A DNA stretch of 27,796 bases from Candidatus Acidiferrales bacterium (GCA_036004385.1 DASYRO010000402.1:1-27796), one strand, 5' to 3'; counted from the first letter of the stretch, positions 7,857-16,181 are shown. The notes: generated from the sequence alone by a model not told the origin. Numbers and translations are program-made.

Positions 7857-9968
7857 ATGCGTCGCCTCGTCCAACTCATTCCTCTCTTCCTCATTTCTTC
7901 TATTCCTCTATCCGGGCAGGTGTGGAAGCCCATGGGCCCGCCGGGGGGCGATGTGCTCACGCTGGCCTCCGATCCCGGCGATCCCAAGCGCATCTATCTG
8001 GGCACCGCCGACGGGCACGTCTTTGGCACCACGGACGGCGGAGAATCCTGGAAAATTCTAGGCCGCGCGGGGCATTCCACGGATGGCGTTATCACCGCAA
8101 TCCTCGTGGACCCGCGCAATGCAAAAACTCTTTTTGCCGCCGCGTGGTCGCGGGAAAGCAACGGCGGTGGCGGCGTGTTCCGTAGCGACGACGCTGGCGT
8201 CACCTGGCGGCGCACCGGCCTCGACGAGCACGCTGTGCGCGCGCTGGCCCAGGCGCCTTCCAACCCGGACGTGCTGGTGGCCGGCGCGCTCGACGGCGTC
8301 TATCGCTCGCTCAATTTCGGCCGCACGTGGCTGCGCATTTCTCCGGAGGAGAGCGAAGAAATCCGCAACCTCGATTCCATCGCCATCGACCCGAAGGACC
8401 CGGACATCATTTATGCCGGCACGTTTCATCTGCCGTGGAAGACATTGAACGGCGGACGCAGTTGGAAATCCATCCATGACGGAATGATTGACGATTCCGA
8501 CGTGATGAGCATTGTTGTGGACCGCACGAATTCCCGCCGCCTTTTTGCCAGCGCCTGTTCGGGCATTTATCGCAGCGACGACGCCGGCGCGGAATGGCGC
8601 AAGATTCAGGGCATTCCCTACGCGGCGCGGCGCACGCACGTGATTCGTCAGGATCCGCATCGCCCGCAGACGGTGTACGCCGCAACGACCGAAGGTCTCT
8701 GGCGCACCAACGATTCGGGCGCGTCCTGGCAGCGGCTCACGCCCGGCGATTGGGTAATAAACGCTCTGGTTCTGGACGCGAAAACGCCCGGGCGGCTGGT
8801 GATGGGCACCGAAAAGCTGGGCGTGATGGTCAGCGAAGATGGCGGCAAAAAATTTCGCGCGGCGAATGAGGGTTTTTATCACCGCCAGATTCTTGCGCTG
8901 GCGCTGGACCGCGATCGGCCGGAGCGCGTCCTCGCCGTCCTGGCCAACGCTCCCGAAACCGTGCTGGCCACCGATGATGCAGGCAGCAACTGGAGGCCGT
9001 TGGGCCCGGGGTTGAAAGCGGAGGCGGTGCGCCGCGTGTATGCTTCGCCCGCTGGATGGCTCGCCGCGCTCGATCGCGGCGGCTTGATGCGCTACGAGGC
9101 CGAGAAATCCGCTTGGCAGCGCATCGGCACCGTCAGCGGAGCGCCGGCATTCAGCTCTGGCCAAGCAGCCGATGATGGCAAGGACAAAGCCGACCAGAAA
9201 TCAGCGAGTCGCAACTCATCTTCTGAGTTCAAGGACAAGCAGGGTCCGAAGTTAGGAACTCGGAGCTTTAGCTCCGACAAAACGCAGAGTACAAAGAGAA
9301 AGGGGCTTCCGCCCCTGAAGCAAAGTGGTCCGCGACCGCTGAATCATATCGTGCTGGACATGGCCTTCACGCGCGAGGCGTGGTACGCGGCCACCGACGA
9401 CGGCTTGCTCGTCTCGCGCGACTCGGGCGCCACGTGGGCGATCACGCCGGTGGGGCCGGTCGTGCTGCCCGCGCGCGCCGTGCACATCTCTGAGGACGCG
9501 AAAAATTTCTGGCTGGTCACCCTGCGCGGCATCGTGTTTTCCGGCGATAGCGGAAATACCTGGGCATGGCATGACCTGCCGTACGAAACCGGCGGCGCGC
9601 TGCGAATTGATGCAGCGGGAGAAAAAACGCTTCTCGCCACGACCGAAAAAGGCCTGTTCATTTCTCGCGATGGCGGAGGCACGTGGAAACAAGCAGCCTA
9701 CGGTCTGCCCCAGGCCCCCATTCAGGACCTCGCCATCGTGGGAGATATTTTCCTCGTCTCCATGCAAACGCAGGGCCTGTACATCTCCTACGATCGCGGG
9801 GCAACATGGATGCGCATCGAAGGCACGCTGGCCGAGGGGCGCTTTCCGGTGGTCACCGCGCGCGAAACAGCCTCCATTGTGTATGCGGCGTCGTCCACCG
9901 AGGGCCTCTATGCTGTCGAACTGCGCGAAAAAGTGGCCACGGCTCCGCCTCCCGGAAAAGCTCCCTAG
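7857..9968 (+). CDS. Secreted BNR/Asp-box (VPS10/sortilin-like, YCF48-like) beta-propeller protein
   Basis: Signal-like MRRLVQLIPLFLISSIPLSG. Repeated Asp-box motifs: TTDGGESW, SDDAGVTW, SLNFGRTW, TLNGGRSW, SDDAGAEW, TNDSGASW, SEDGGKKF, SRDSGATW, SRDGGGTW, SYDRGATW. Confidence 0.88.
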   Translation: MRRLVQLIPLFLISSIPLSGQVWKPMGPPGGDVLTLASDPGDPKRIYLGTADGHVFGTTDGGESWKILGRAGHSTDGVITAILVDPRNAKTLFAAAWSRESNGGGGVFRSDDAGVTWRRTGLDEHAVRALAQAPSNPDVLVAGALDGVYRSLNFGRTWLRISPEESEEIRNLDSIAIDPKDPDIIYAGTFHLPWKTLNGGRSWKSIHDGMIDDSDVMSIVVDRTNSRRLFASACSGIYRSDDAGAEWRKIQGIPYAARRTHVIRQDPHRPQTVYAATTEGLWRTNDSGASWQRLTPGDWVINALVLDAKTPGRLVMGTEKLGVMVSEDGGKKFRAANEGFYHRQILALALDRDRPERVLAVLANAPETVLATDDAGSNWRPLGPGLKAEAVRRVYASPAGWLAALDRGGLMRYEAEKSAWQRIGTVSGAPAFSSGQAADDGKDKADQKSASRNSSSEFKDKQGPKLGTRSFSSDKTQSTKRKGLPPLKQSGPRPLNHIVLDMAFTREAWYAATDDGLLVSRDSGATWAITPVGPVVLPARAVHISEDAKNFWLVTLRGIVFSGDSGNTWAWHDLPYETGGALRIDAAGEKTLLATTEKGLFISRDGGGTWKQAAYGLPQAPIQDLAIVGDIFLVSMQTQGLYISYDRGATWMRIEGTLAEGRFPVVTARETASIVYAASSTEGLYAVELREKVATAPPPGKAP

Positions 9969-10056
9969 GCTACCGGTGTCCCGAAGATTTTACAGAGCCG
10001 CAGCCAGTGCGAGTTTTATAACTCCTTATCCTTCAATCAGAAATGTGCCGGCCGTG

Positions 10057-10071
10057 TGGCACGTTGCGTGC
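10057..10071 (+). promoter_or_regulatory. Putative sigma54 -24/-12 promoter of the lipoprotein gene
   Basis: TGGCACG-TTGC-GTGC versus consensus TGGCACG-N4-TTGC: correct GG-N10-GC spacing, one mismatch, ~32 nt before ATG 10104. Confidence 0.55.
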
Positions 10072-10103
10072 CCCAAGCACAGTGGGGTTTTGGGGAGGTC
10101 GCT

Positions 10104-10775
10104 ATGAAGGACATGCGACTTTTTCTGCGTTCGCTGTGGGTTGTAACTCTGGCAATGAGTCTGGCGAGCTGCTCCAGCGTCTCCACACCCAGCCAGGCAG
10201 ACGAGAGCAAGAAAGTGGACGAGCGCGGCATCCTGAGAACGATTCTGCCGGCGGAGAGAACAATTTTGCTGCCCGCCGGCACAGAGATTGAAGTTGTGCT
10301 CGACGAATCCATTTCCAGCGCGCAGGCTCATTCAGGCGATCGCTTTGACGCTTCGCTGGCCGCGCCCGTGGTCGCGGAAGGCAAGACCGTATTCCCGAAG
10401 GGCGCGCGCGCCGAAGGTGTGGTCATCGATGCTCGCGCGTCTGGACACTTGGAAGGCGTGCCCCGACTGCGGCTGGCACTGCGCTCCGTGGAGATTGGCG
10501 GCAGAAACTACGATCTGCGCACTACCTCGATTACAAGAACCGGGCAGAATCACGACAAGCGTAACTGGACACTCATCGGCGGCGGCACCGGTGTGGGCAC
10601 ACTCGTCGGCGCAATCGCCGGAGGCGGAAAAGGCGCCGCGATCGGCGCGGCCGCCGGCGCGGGAGCAGGTACCGCCACAGCCGCAGCCACCGGCAAAAAA
10701 GACATCGTGATTCCAGTGGAATCGCAACTCAGCTTCAAACTCAGTCAGGCAGTTTCTGTGCAGTTGAAACGATAG
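10104..10775 (+). CDS. Lipoprotein with TrbI/VirB10-like beta-domain and glycine zipper
   Basis: GGGGAGG RBS. Lipobox LASC after a hydrophobic stretch. LPAGTEIEVVLDESISS...GDRFDASLAAPV...FPKGARAEGVV. Gly zipper IGGGTGVGTLVGAIAGGGKGAAIGAAAGAGAG. Confidence 0.8.
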   Translation: MKDMRLFLRSLWVVTLAMSLASCSSVSTPSQADESKKVDERGILRTILPAERTILLPAGTEIEVVLDESISSAQAHSGDRFDASLAAPVVAEGKTVFPKGARAEGVVIDARASGHLEGVPRLRLALRSVEIGGRNYDLRTTSITRTGQNHDKRNWTLIGGGTGVGTLVGAIAGGGKGAAIGAAAGAGAGTATAAATGKKDIVIPVESQLSFKLSQAVSVQLKR

Positions 10776-10797
10776 ATTGGAAACAATCGAGCTGGAG

Positions 10798-10839
10798 GGC
10801 CGCCATTCCCATTGTGGGAATGACGGCCTTTCCATTTTT
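10798..10839 (+). terminator. Intrinsic terminator after the lipoprotein gene
   Basis: GGCCGCCATTCCCA-TTG-TGGGAATGACGGCC (13 of 14 bp) followed by TTTCCATTTTT. Confidence 0.8.
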
Positions 10840-10840
10840 G

Positions 10841-10853
10841 CAACGAGTTGATA
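10841..10853 (-). promoter_or_regulatory. IHF-consensus site
   Basis: Minus strand TATCAA-CTCG-TTG is an exact WATCAANNNNTTR match, with an adjacent A/T tract. Confidence 0.4.
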
Positions 10854-10895
10854 ATAAAAGCTAAATTCCTAATTTCAAGATAGTCCTGCCCGTTC

Positions 10896-10932
10896 CCAGT
10901 TCCATTGTGATACGATTCCACGCCGGAACTGG
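10896..10932. promoter_or_regulatory. Inverted repeat, candidate upstream activator sequence for a sigma54 activator
   Basis: CCAGTTCC-N21-GGAACTGG perfect 8-bp arms, ~80-120 nt upstream of the predicted sigma54 start. Confidence 0.4.
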
Positions 10933-10986
10933 TCCGCCATCTAGAACTAAGTTGTTTATTTACCACACGGTGATTTTAGTCTGAAG

Positions 10987-11002
10987 TGGAACAGCCCTTG
11001 CT
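10987..11002 (+). promoter_or_regulatory. Putative sigma54 -24/-12 promoter of the sigma54-activator gene
   Basis: TGGAAC-AGCCC-TTGCT versus consensus TGGCAC-N5-TTGCW (one mismatch). Confidence 0.65.
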
Positions 11003-11026
11003 CCGAATTGGGTCGTGACCAACACC

Positions 11027-12424
11027 ATGACCGATGCGGCGGAAACCTCGCGTGACACCTCAGCGCCTGCGGGCAGCATACTGATAGTAGACGACGAGGC
11101 CGCGGCACGAGATTTGTGCGCGGATGTGGCGCGTGCCGCCGGATTGCTGGTCCGCACGGCGACCAATACGGAACAGGCCCTCGAACTTCTCGAGCAGTTT
11201 CCCGTGGACATCGTGGTCACCGACCTGAAAGTGCCTTCACTCGGCGGCATCGAATTGCTGAAGCGCGTGCGCGCGTTGCACGCGCAAGTCCCCGTCATGG
11301 TCCTCACGCAATACGGCACGATTGAAACGGCGGTGGAAGCCACGCGCCTCGGCGCTGCCGACTACGTCACCAAGCCGTTCCATGTGGATGAACTGCGCGC
11401 CAAGCTCGATCGGCTGCTGCGCTCGATCGAGCTCGACCAGGAAAATCGCGTGCTGCGCGAACAGCTTCGCAGCCGCCCCGGATTCGGCGGGCTGATTGGC
11501 GTTTCGCCGAAGATGCAGCGCGTCTACAAGATGATCGAGAAGGTCAGCCAGCACAATTATCCGGTGCTGATTCTCGGCGAGAGCGGCACGGGCAAGGAAC
11601 TGGTGGCTCGTTCCATCCACTTCTCCGGTCCGCGGCGTAAAAAGCCATTCGTGCCGGTGGATTGTTCCGCGCTGGTGCCGACGCTGATCGAGTCCGAGCT
11701 GTTCGGATACGTCAAGGGCGCATTCACCGGCGCGCTGCAGACCCGCCAAGGCTTGCTGGAGGCGGCCGCGGACGGCACGTTGTTTCTGGATGAAATCGCG
11801 GACATGCCTGTGGATCTGCAAGCCAAGCTTCTGCGTGCATTGCAGGAGCGGGAGATCAAGCCAGTGGGCGCGGTGGAGCGCGTGCCCATTCACGTCCGCG
11901 TCATGGCGGCGACCAACCGCGACCTCGAGTCGGCGATACGCTCCGGCGCCTTCCGCCAGGACTTGTATTTCCGCCTCAATGTCGTCTCTATCAAACTGCC
12001 GCCGCTGCGCGAGCGCAAGAGCGATATCCCCCTGCTGGTTAATTTCTTTCTCGAAAAATTCAGCGAACCGGAGCGGCCGTTCCGCGGCATTTCCGAAGAT
12101 GCCATGCGCCGCCTGATGGCCTACGACTGGCCGGGTAACGTTCGCGAACTGGAAAACGCTATTGCCCGCGCCATGGCCCTGGGCAGCGGGCCGATCCTGC
12201 ACGTCGGCGATCTCCCGTCCAATCTCCAATATGGCTCGCCGGCAGGCTCGCTGGAGCGGCCGCCTTCCGGAGATGAACTTCTTCCGCTTGAAGAGCTCGA
12301 ACGCCGCGCCATTTTTCGCGCGCTGCGCGAAACCAGCGGCGACAAACTCGCCGCCGCAAGGCTTTTGGGAATCGGCAAGACCACGCTGTACCGCAAGCTC
12401 AAGCAGTACGAAGCCAACCACTGA
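11027..12424 (+). CDS. NtrC/ZraR-family sigma54-dependent response regulator (REC-AAA+-Fis HTH)
   Basis: ILIVDDE...DIVVTDLK...YVTKPF; Walker A GESGTGKE; ESELFGYVKGAFTGA; Walker B TLFLDEI; FRQDLYFRLNV; WPGNVRELEN; HTH AAARLLGIGKTTLYRKLK. Start GTG 11015 or ATG 11027. Confidence 0.96.
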   Translation: MTDAAETSRDTSAPAGSILIVDDEAAARDLCADVARAAGLLVRTATNTEQALELLEQFPVDIVVTDLKVPSLGGIELLKRVRALHAQVPVMVLTQYGTIETAVEATRLGAADYVTKPFHVDELRAKLDRLLRSIELDQENRVLREQLRSRPGFGGLIGVSPKMQRVYKMIEKVSQHNYPVLILGESGTGKELVARSIHFSGPRRKKPFVPVDCSALVPTLIESELFGYVKGAFTGALQTRQGLLEAAADGTLFLDEIADMPVDLQAKLLRALQEREIKPVGAVERVPIHVRVMAATNRDLESAIRSGAFRQDLYFRLNVVSIKLPPLRERKSDIPLLVNFFLEKFSEPERPFRGISEDAMRRLMAYDWPGNVRELENAIARAMALGSGPILHVGDLPSNLQYGSPAGSLERPPSGDELLPLEELERRAIFRALRETSGDKLAAARLLGIGKTTLYRKLKQYEANH

Positions 12425-12683
12425 TCCGCCCTCGGCATTTTGCTTGTTTCTCCGCTTTTTTTCGGGCGTTGCATGTGCCGGTGCCTGCTTTTGCCCGCTT
12501 ACCGTTGCGGGAAGAAATCAGATTTTGAGTCTCACTCTGGGAAGGCGGGCGCGACGCAGCGAACGGCAATCGTCTTGAATCCATTGAACAGAGACTACTT
12601 ACACGCCGCAAAGCCTCTGGAATCACCTGTGCTGGCACATCCTGTTGTCAACGACAGAGGCATGTATGTACAGACCGATGCAT

Positions 12684-12776
12684 ATGGGGAGAGGTGTGCG
12701 GCGCGCGATTGAGTTCGTCGTGGCCATCAGCACGGCGCTTCTCTTCAGCTATCTCATCCTGCGTTCACCCTGGTAG
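12684..12776 (+). CDS. Putative small single-pass membrane peptide (30 aa, or 26 aa from GTG 12696)
   Basis: MGRGVRRAIEFVVAISTALLFSYLILRSPW*. GGGGAGAGG is an RBS for GTG 12696. Basic N-terminus plus ~18-aa hydrophobic run. Ends 7 nt before the kinase ATG. Confidence 0.55.
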   Translation: MGRGVRRAIEFVVAISTALLFSYLILRSPW

Positions 12777-12783
12777 GCCGGTG

Positions 12784-15282
12784 ATGGGAATCAAAAAGTG
12801 GTTGCGCGCGTGGTCCAGCGAACGCGACGCCGCGGCGACGCTCGCCACGTTTTCGGGTGTCGCCGTCGCGGGGGACTCGCCTGAGCGTTTGCAGGAATTA
12901 GCCGCCGAGGAACTGCTGAAGATCACCGAAGCGGATCGCGCGGGAGTGTGGCTGGAGTCGGACATGTCGCAAATTCTGCGCGGTTCCGTCGTCGATGTGC
13001 GGGGAGTCCCGGCTCCGGTGGAATGGCAACAGTTAGACATCTCCGCTTTCCCCTGGCGACACGCCTTGCGGACCTCGACGCCGCTGATGGCCGACGTGCA
13101 CGAAGACGCGCACAATGGCGCGGCGGGAGAATCGCCATCCGCTGTGCCTCCCGTGCTGGCGGAAATGCGCAGCGCTGTGTGGTGGCCGGTGCGGTCCGCG
13201 GGCCGCGCAGCGGGAGTGGCCATGCTGGCTTTTCGCGACAGCCATCAAAGCGTATCCGAAGCGGCTGCGCCATTTGTCTGGACTTTGCTCAATCAACTGG
13301 CGCTGGCTCACTCCGCCCATCGCACGAAAACTGAGCTAGCACGCCTGCAATGGGATTGTGCGGAGCGCGAAGAAACCCAGGCAGCGCGTAAACGGGAGGA
13401 GCGGTCCGCAGTCGAAAACAGCCATCCCTCTGCGGCGGAGCGGTCAGGAGAACGCCACGGGCAGCCCGCGGGACCGCAACTCGCGGAAGAGCTACGCGCG
13501 GTAATGGAAGCGGTCGATAGCGGCGTGCTCCTCCTCGACGCGTCGGGAAAAGTTCGTTCCTCGAACGGGCAGTTTCTGCGCCTTTTTGGACTCGAGGAAA
13601 ACGCAACGGCTACGTTCAGGGGCCGTCAGATCCTCGAGCTGTACGAGGCGCTCGCACCGCTCATTCGCGACCCGGATACGTTTTCCCGCCGCTGGCGGGA
13701 ACTGCCGCTCCTCGGCAACTCCACGGCGTGGGACGAGGTGGAACTCCTCAGCCCAGCCGGGCGCGTGCTGCAACGCTTTTCGCGGCCCGTGTCCGACGCG
13801 CAGGGTCGGCGCGTGGGCTGGCTGGAGCTGTACCGCGAACGAAGCGCACACGCGCCTCCGCACATGCCCATGCTGCAAACGGAGAAAATGGCCGCCATCG
13901 GCCAGCTTGTCTCCGGAATCGCGCACGAACTGAACAATCCGCTCACCAGCATCATGGGCTACGCGCAACTTCTGCTCGCGCGGATGCCCGCCGGCCGCGC
14001 CGCGGGCACCGAACGCCGTCGGGAAAGCGATGCCACTCGCAATATGTTCCGCGAGGTGGAGAAAATTTATTTGGAGGCGGAACGCGCCGGGCGCATTGTG
14101 AACAATCTGCTTCTGTTCGCGCGCAGCGGACGCGGCGAGCGCCGCGCCGTGGATCTCAATGAAATCGTAGAGCGCACGCTGGCGCTGCGCAGCTATGAGC
14201 TGAGAATTGAAAACATACAGCTCGAGCTGCAGCTCGACCGCGAACTGCCGCCGACGCTGGCCGATCCTCATCAAGTGCAGCAGGTGGTGCTGAATCTCCT
14301 GGTGAATGCCGAGCAGGCCATCCTCGAAAGTCATGCCGCCGACCACTCCGACGCCGCTGGCGGCGCGGAGCTGGGACACATACGGATTCGCTCGTTCTCA
14401 TTGCCGGAGGCGAACCCGCCGCGCGTGGCTCTGGAAATTTCCGATAGCGGCCCGGGAGTGCCTCCGCAGCACATTTCGCGCCTTTTCGATCCATTTTTTA
14501 CCACCAAGCCGGTCGGACTGGGCACCGGCCTGGGCCTTTCCATTGCCTATGGAATCGTTCACGACCACGGCGGCGACATCTACCTGATGAATTCCGCGAG
14601 AATTTCCCCCGGAGCGCCCTCCCTGGGCGGCGCATCCTTTGTTGTCGAACTGCCCGTTCTCAGCGCCGTCGAGGCCGTGGTTCAACCGTGCGAAACAGAG
14701 GAAGCGGCAAGCGTCGAGCCGCCCCGAGAAGCCGAGCCGGTGCGGGTGGAGAAAAAGCATTCCGCGTCTCGCGTCCGTGCGCGCCGCGGCAGCATCCTGG
14801 TCGTGGAAGACGAGCCGACCGTCGCACAACTTGTCGCCGATGTGTTGAAGGACGAAGGCTATGACGTGGACGTGGTGCTGGACAGCCGCGAAGGTCTCGC
14901 ACGAGTGGCGCGGTTCGGATACGACCTGATTATCTGCGACCTGCGCATGCCGCGGATTGACGGCCGGGCATTCTATCGGTCGCTGGTGCGCAGCGGCCAT
15001 CCCGCGCAGTTGCGGCTGCTCTTCATCACCGGCGACACGCTTTCCCCGCGCACGCTGGAATTCCTGGACCGCACGGGGCTCCCTTGCCTGGCCAAACCCT
15101 TTCTGGTGGAGGAACTGAAAAGCATCGTTGCGCATACCCTGGATTTACTGCGCAAGCCGCGCAACGGTTCCGCGCCGAAACGCAGAGTCACCGATTTTGA
15201 GGATCCCGCCGAAATGGCGCCGCACTCCGGTGAGGTTCCCCCTTCGCTGGACCGGCGGGCTGAAGAATTGAGGAAACAATGA
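12784..15282 (+). CDS. Cytoplasmic hybrid sensor histidine kinase (GAF-like, PAS-like, HisKA, HATPase_c, REC)
   Basis: H-box GIAHELNNPLTSI, NLLVNAEQAI, DSGPGV, FDPFFTTK, GTGLGLSI; receiver ILVVEDE...DLIICDLRMP...LAKPF; no TM helix visible. Start trimmed to ATG 12784. Confidence 0.93.
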   Translation: MGIKKWLRAWSSERDAAATLATFSGVAVAGDSPERLQELAAEELLKITEADRAGVWLESDMSQILRGSVVDVRGVPAPVEWQQLDISAFPWRHALRTSTPLMADVHEDAHNGAAGESPSAVPPVLAEMRSAVWWPVRSAGRAAGVAMLAFRDSHQSVSEAAAPFVWTLLNQLALAHSAHRTKTELARLQWDCAEREETQAARKREERSAVENSHPSAAERSGERHGQPAGPQLAEELRAVMEAVDSGVLLLDASGKVRSSNGQFLRLFGLEENATATFRGRQILELYEALAPLIRDPDTFSRRWRELPLLGNSTAWDEVELLSPAGRVLQRFSRPVSDAQGRRVGWLELYRERSAHAPPHMPMLQTEKMAAIGQLVSGIAHELNNPLTSIMGYAQLLLARMPAGRAAGTERRRESDATRNMFREVEKIYLEAERAGRIVNNLLLFARSGRGERRAVDLNEIVERTLALRSYELRIENIQLELQLDRELPPTLADPHQVQQVVLNLLVNAEQAILESHAADHSDAAGGAELGHIRIRSFSLPEANPPRVALEISDSGPGVPPQHISRLFDPFFTTKPVGLGTGLGLSIAYGIVHDHGGDIYLMNSARISPGAPSLGGASFVVELPVLSAVEAVVQPCETEEAASVEPPREAEPVRVEKKHSASRVRARRGSILVVEDEPTVAQLVADVLKDEGYDVDVVLDSREGLARVARFGYDLIICDLRMPRIDGRAFYRSLVRSGHPAQLRLLFITGDTLSPRTLEFLDRTGLPCLAKPFLVEELKSIVAHTLDLLRKPRNGSAPKRRVTDFEDPAEMAPHSGEVPPSLDRRAEELRKQ

Positions 15283-16106
15283 AAGCTGTGAACCAACTGT
15301 CTTCCATTTCGTACTCCGGTCGCCTCGCGGGCCTCCGGCGAGATTGTGACCCGCGCGTTGTCCTGCTGGTCAGCACCGATACGGCGCTCAGTCACCGGCT
15401 GGTTCGCGCTCTCAACGGCAACGGTAATCTTTCCTTAGCGGACGAGACGCCCGCTTACCAGGTGCCCGTGGCCACGAGTGTCGCCCAGGCACGCTCCTGC
15501 ATCGGCCGTACCGCGCCAGACGTGATTTTGCTCGACGAGAGCATCCACGCTCCGAATCTGCTTACGTATCTGGTGGAGGACTTGGCGAATATTGCGCCGG
15601 TGATTTTTCTCGCCGCGCCGGAAAACCTGGCGTGGTGGTGCAGACAGAAAGAATCTGCCACGCTCGTGGCCGAGGGCCGCGTGGAATGTGTGGCCCGCGA
15701 TGGCGACTTCGTGCCCCTGGCCGCTCGGCTGATTATGCGCCACGCAGGCCCATCCCCGGAAAATTTGGGACCGCACAGCCTATCCATGCTGGCCTCCGCA
15801 GTGAGCGGCGGCGAGGCGCTTGCCGAAGAAATCCCGCTGGATTTCGGAGAAGTCCTGCGCCACGAGGTGAACAATCCGCTGACGGGAATTCTCGGCAATG
15901 CCGAGCTTTTGCTTTCGCGGCGCGACCGCCTGTCCGCGGACATGGTCGAGAGGTTGGAGATCATCGCCGATCTCGCCATCCGCCTGCGCGAAACCGTCCG
16001 CCGTCTGAGCAACGCGCTGGTGCGCCGTCCCGAAGCTTCGGGAAGCATTCCCGGGCACGCGCCCGGTGATCTTTCCTCCTCCCACCGCCACCGCCCGCCG
16101 ACGTAG
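15279..16106 (+). CDS. Degenerate receiver + histidine phospho-acceptor (HisKA/DHp) domain, no ATPase domain
   Basis: ATGA overlap with the kinase stop. PDVILLDES receiver-like core lacking the usual acidic pair and Lys. LRHEVNNPLTGILGNAELL H-box. Protein ends with no N/G1/F/G2 boxes. Confidence 0.82.
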   Translation: MKAVNQLSSISYSGRLAGLRRDCDPRVVLLVSTDTALSHRLVRALNGNGNLSLADETPAYQVPVATSVAQARSCIGRTAPDVILLDESIHAPNLLTYLVEDLANIAPVIFLAAPENLAWWCRQKESATLVAEGRVECVARDGDFVPLAARLIMRHAGPSPENLGPHSLSMLASAVSGGEALAEEIPLDFGEVLRHEVNNPLTGILGNAELLLSRRDRLSADMVERLEIIADLAIRLRETVRRLSNALVRRPEASGSIPGHAPGDLSSSHRHRPPT

Positions 16107-16121
16107 ACGCGATCACGCAGC

Positions 16122-16181
16122 GCAGCACAGGCTCACAGCCTGTGTGGTTCCGCCGTGCCCAGGCTACAAGCCTGTTGCTAC
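16122..16181. repeat. Inverted REP-like doublet (BIME/REPIN-like)
   Basis: 16122..16144 (+) GCAG-CACAGGCT-CAC-AGCCTGTG and 16160..16181 (-) GTAG-CAA-CAGGCT-TGT-AGCCTG. Confidence 0.65.

Noticed and set aside
220-10775. Conjugative element or type IV secretion locus
   Set aside because: Only VirB10-like domains are present; no VirB4, coupling protein, relaxase, pilin or integrase.
12633-12648. TGGCAC-ATCCT-GTTGT as a sigma54 promoter for the hybrid kinase
   Set aside because: Good -24 box, but no GC at -12 and the TTG is shifted by one base; sigma54 spacing is strict.
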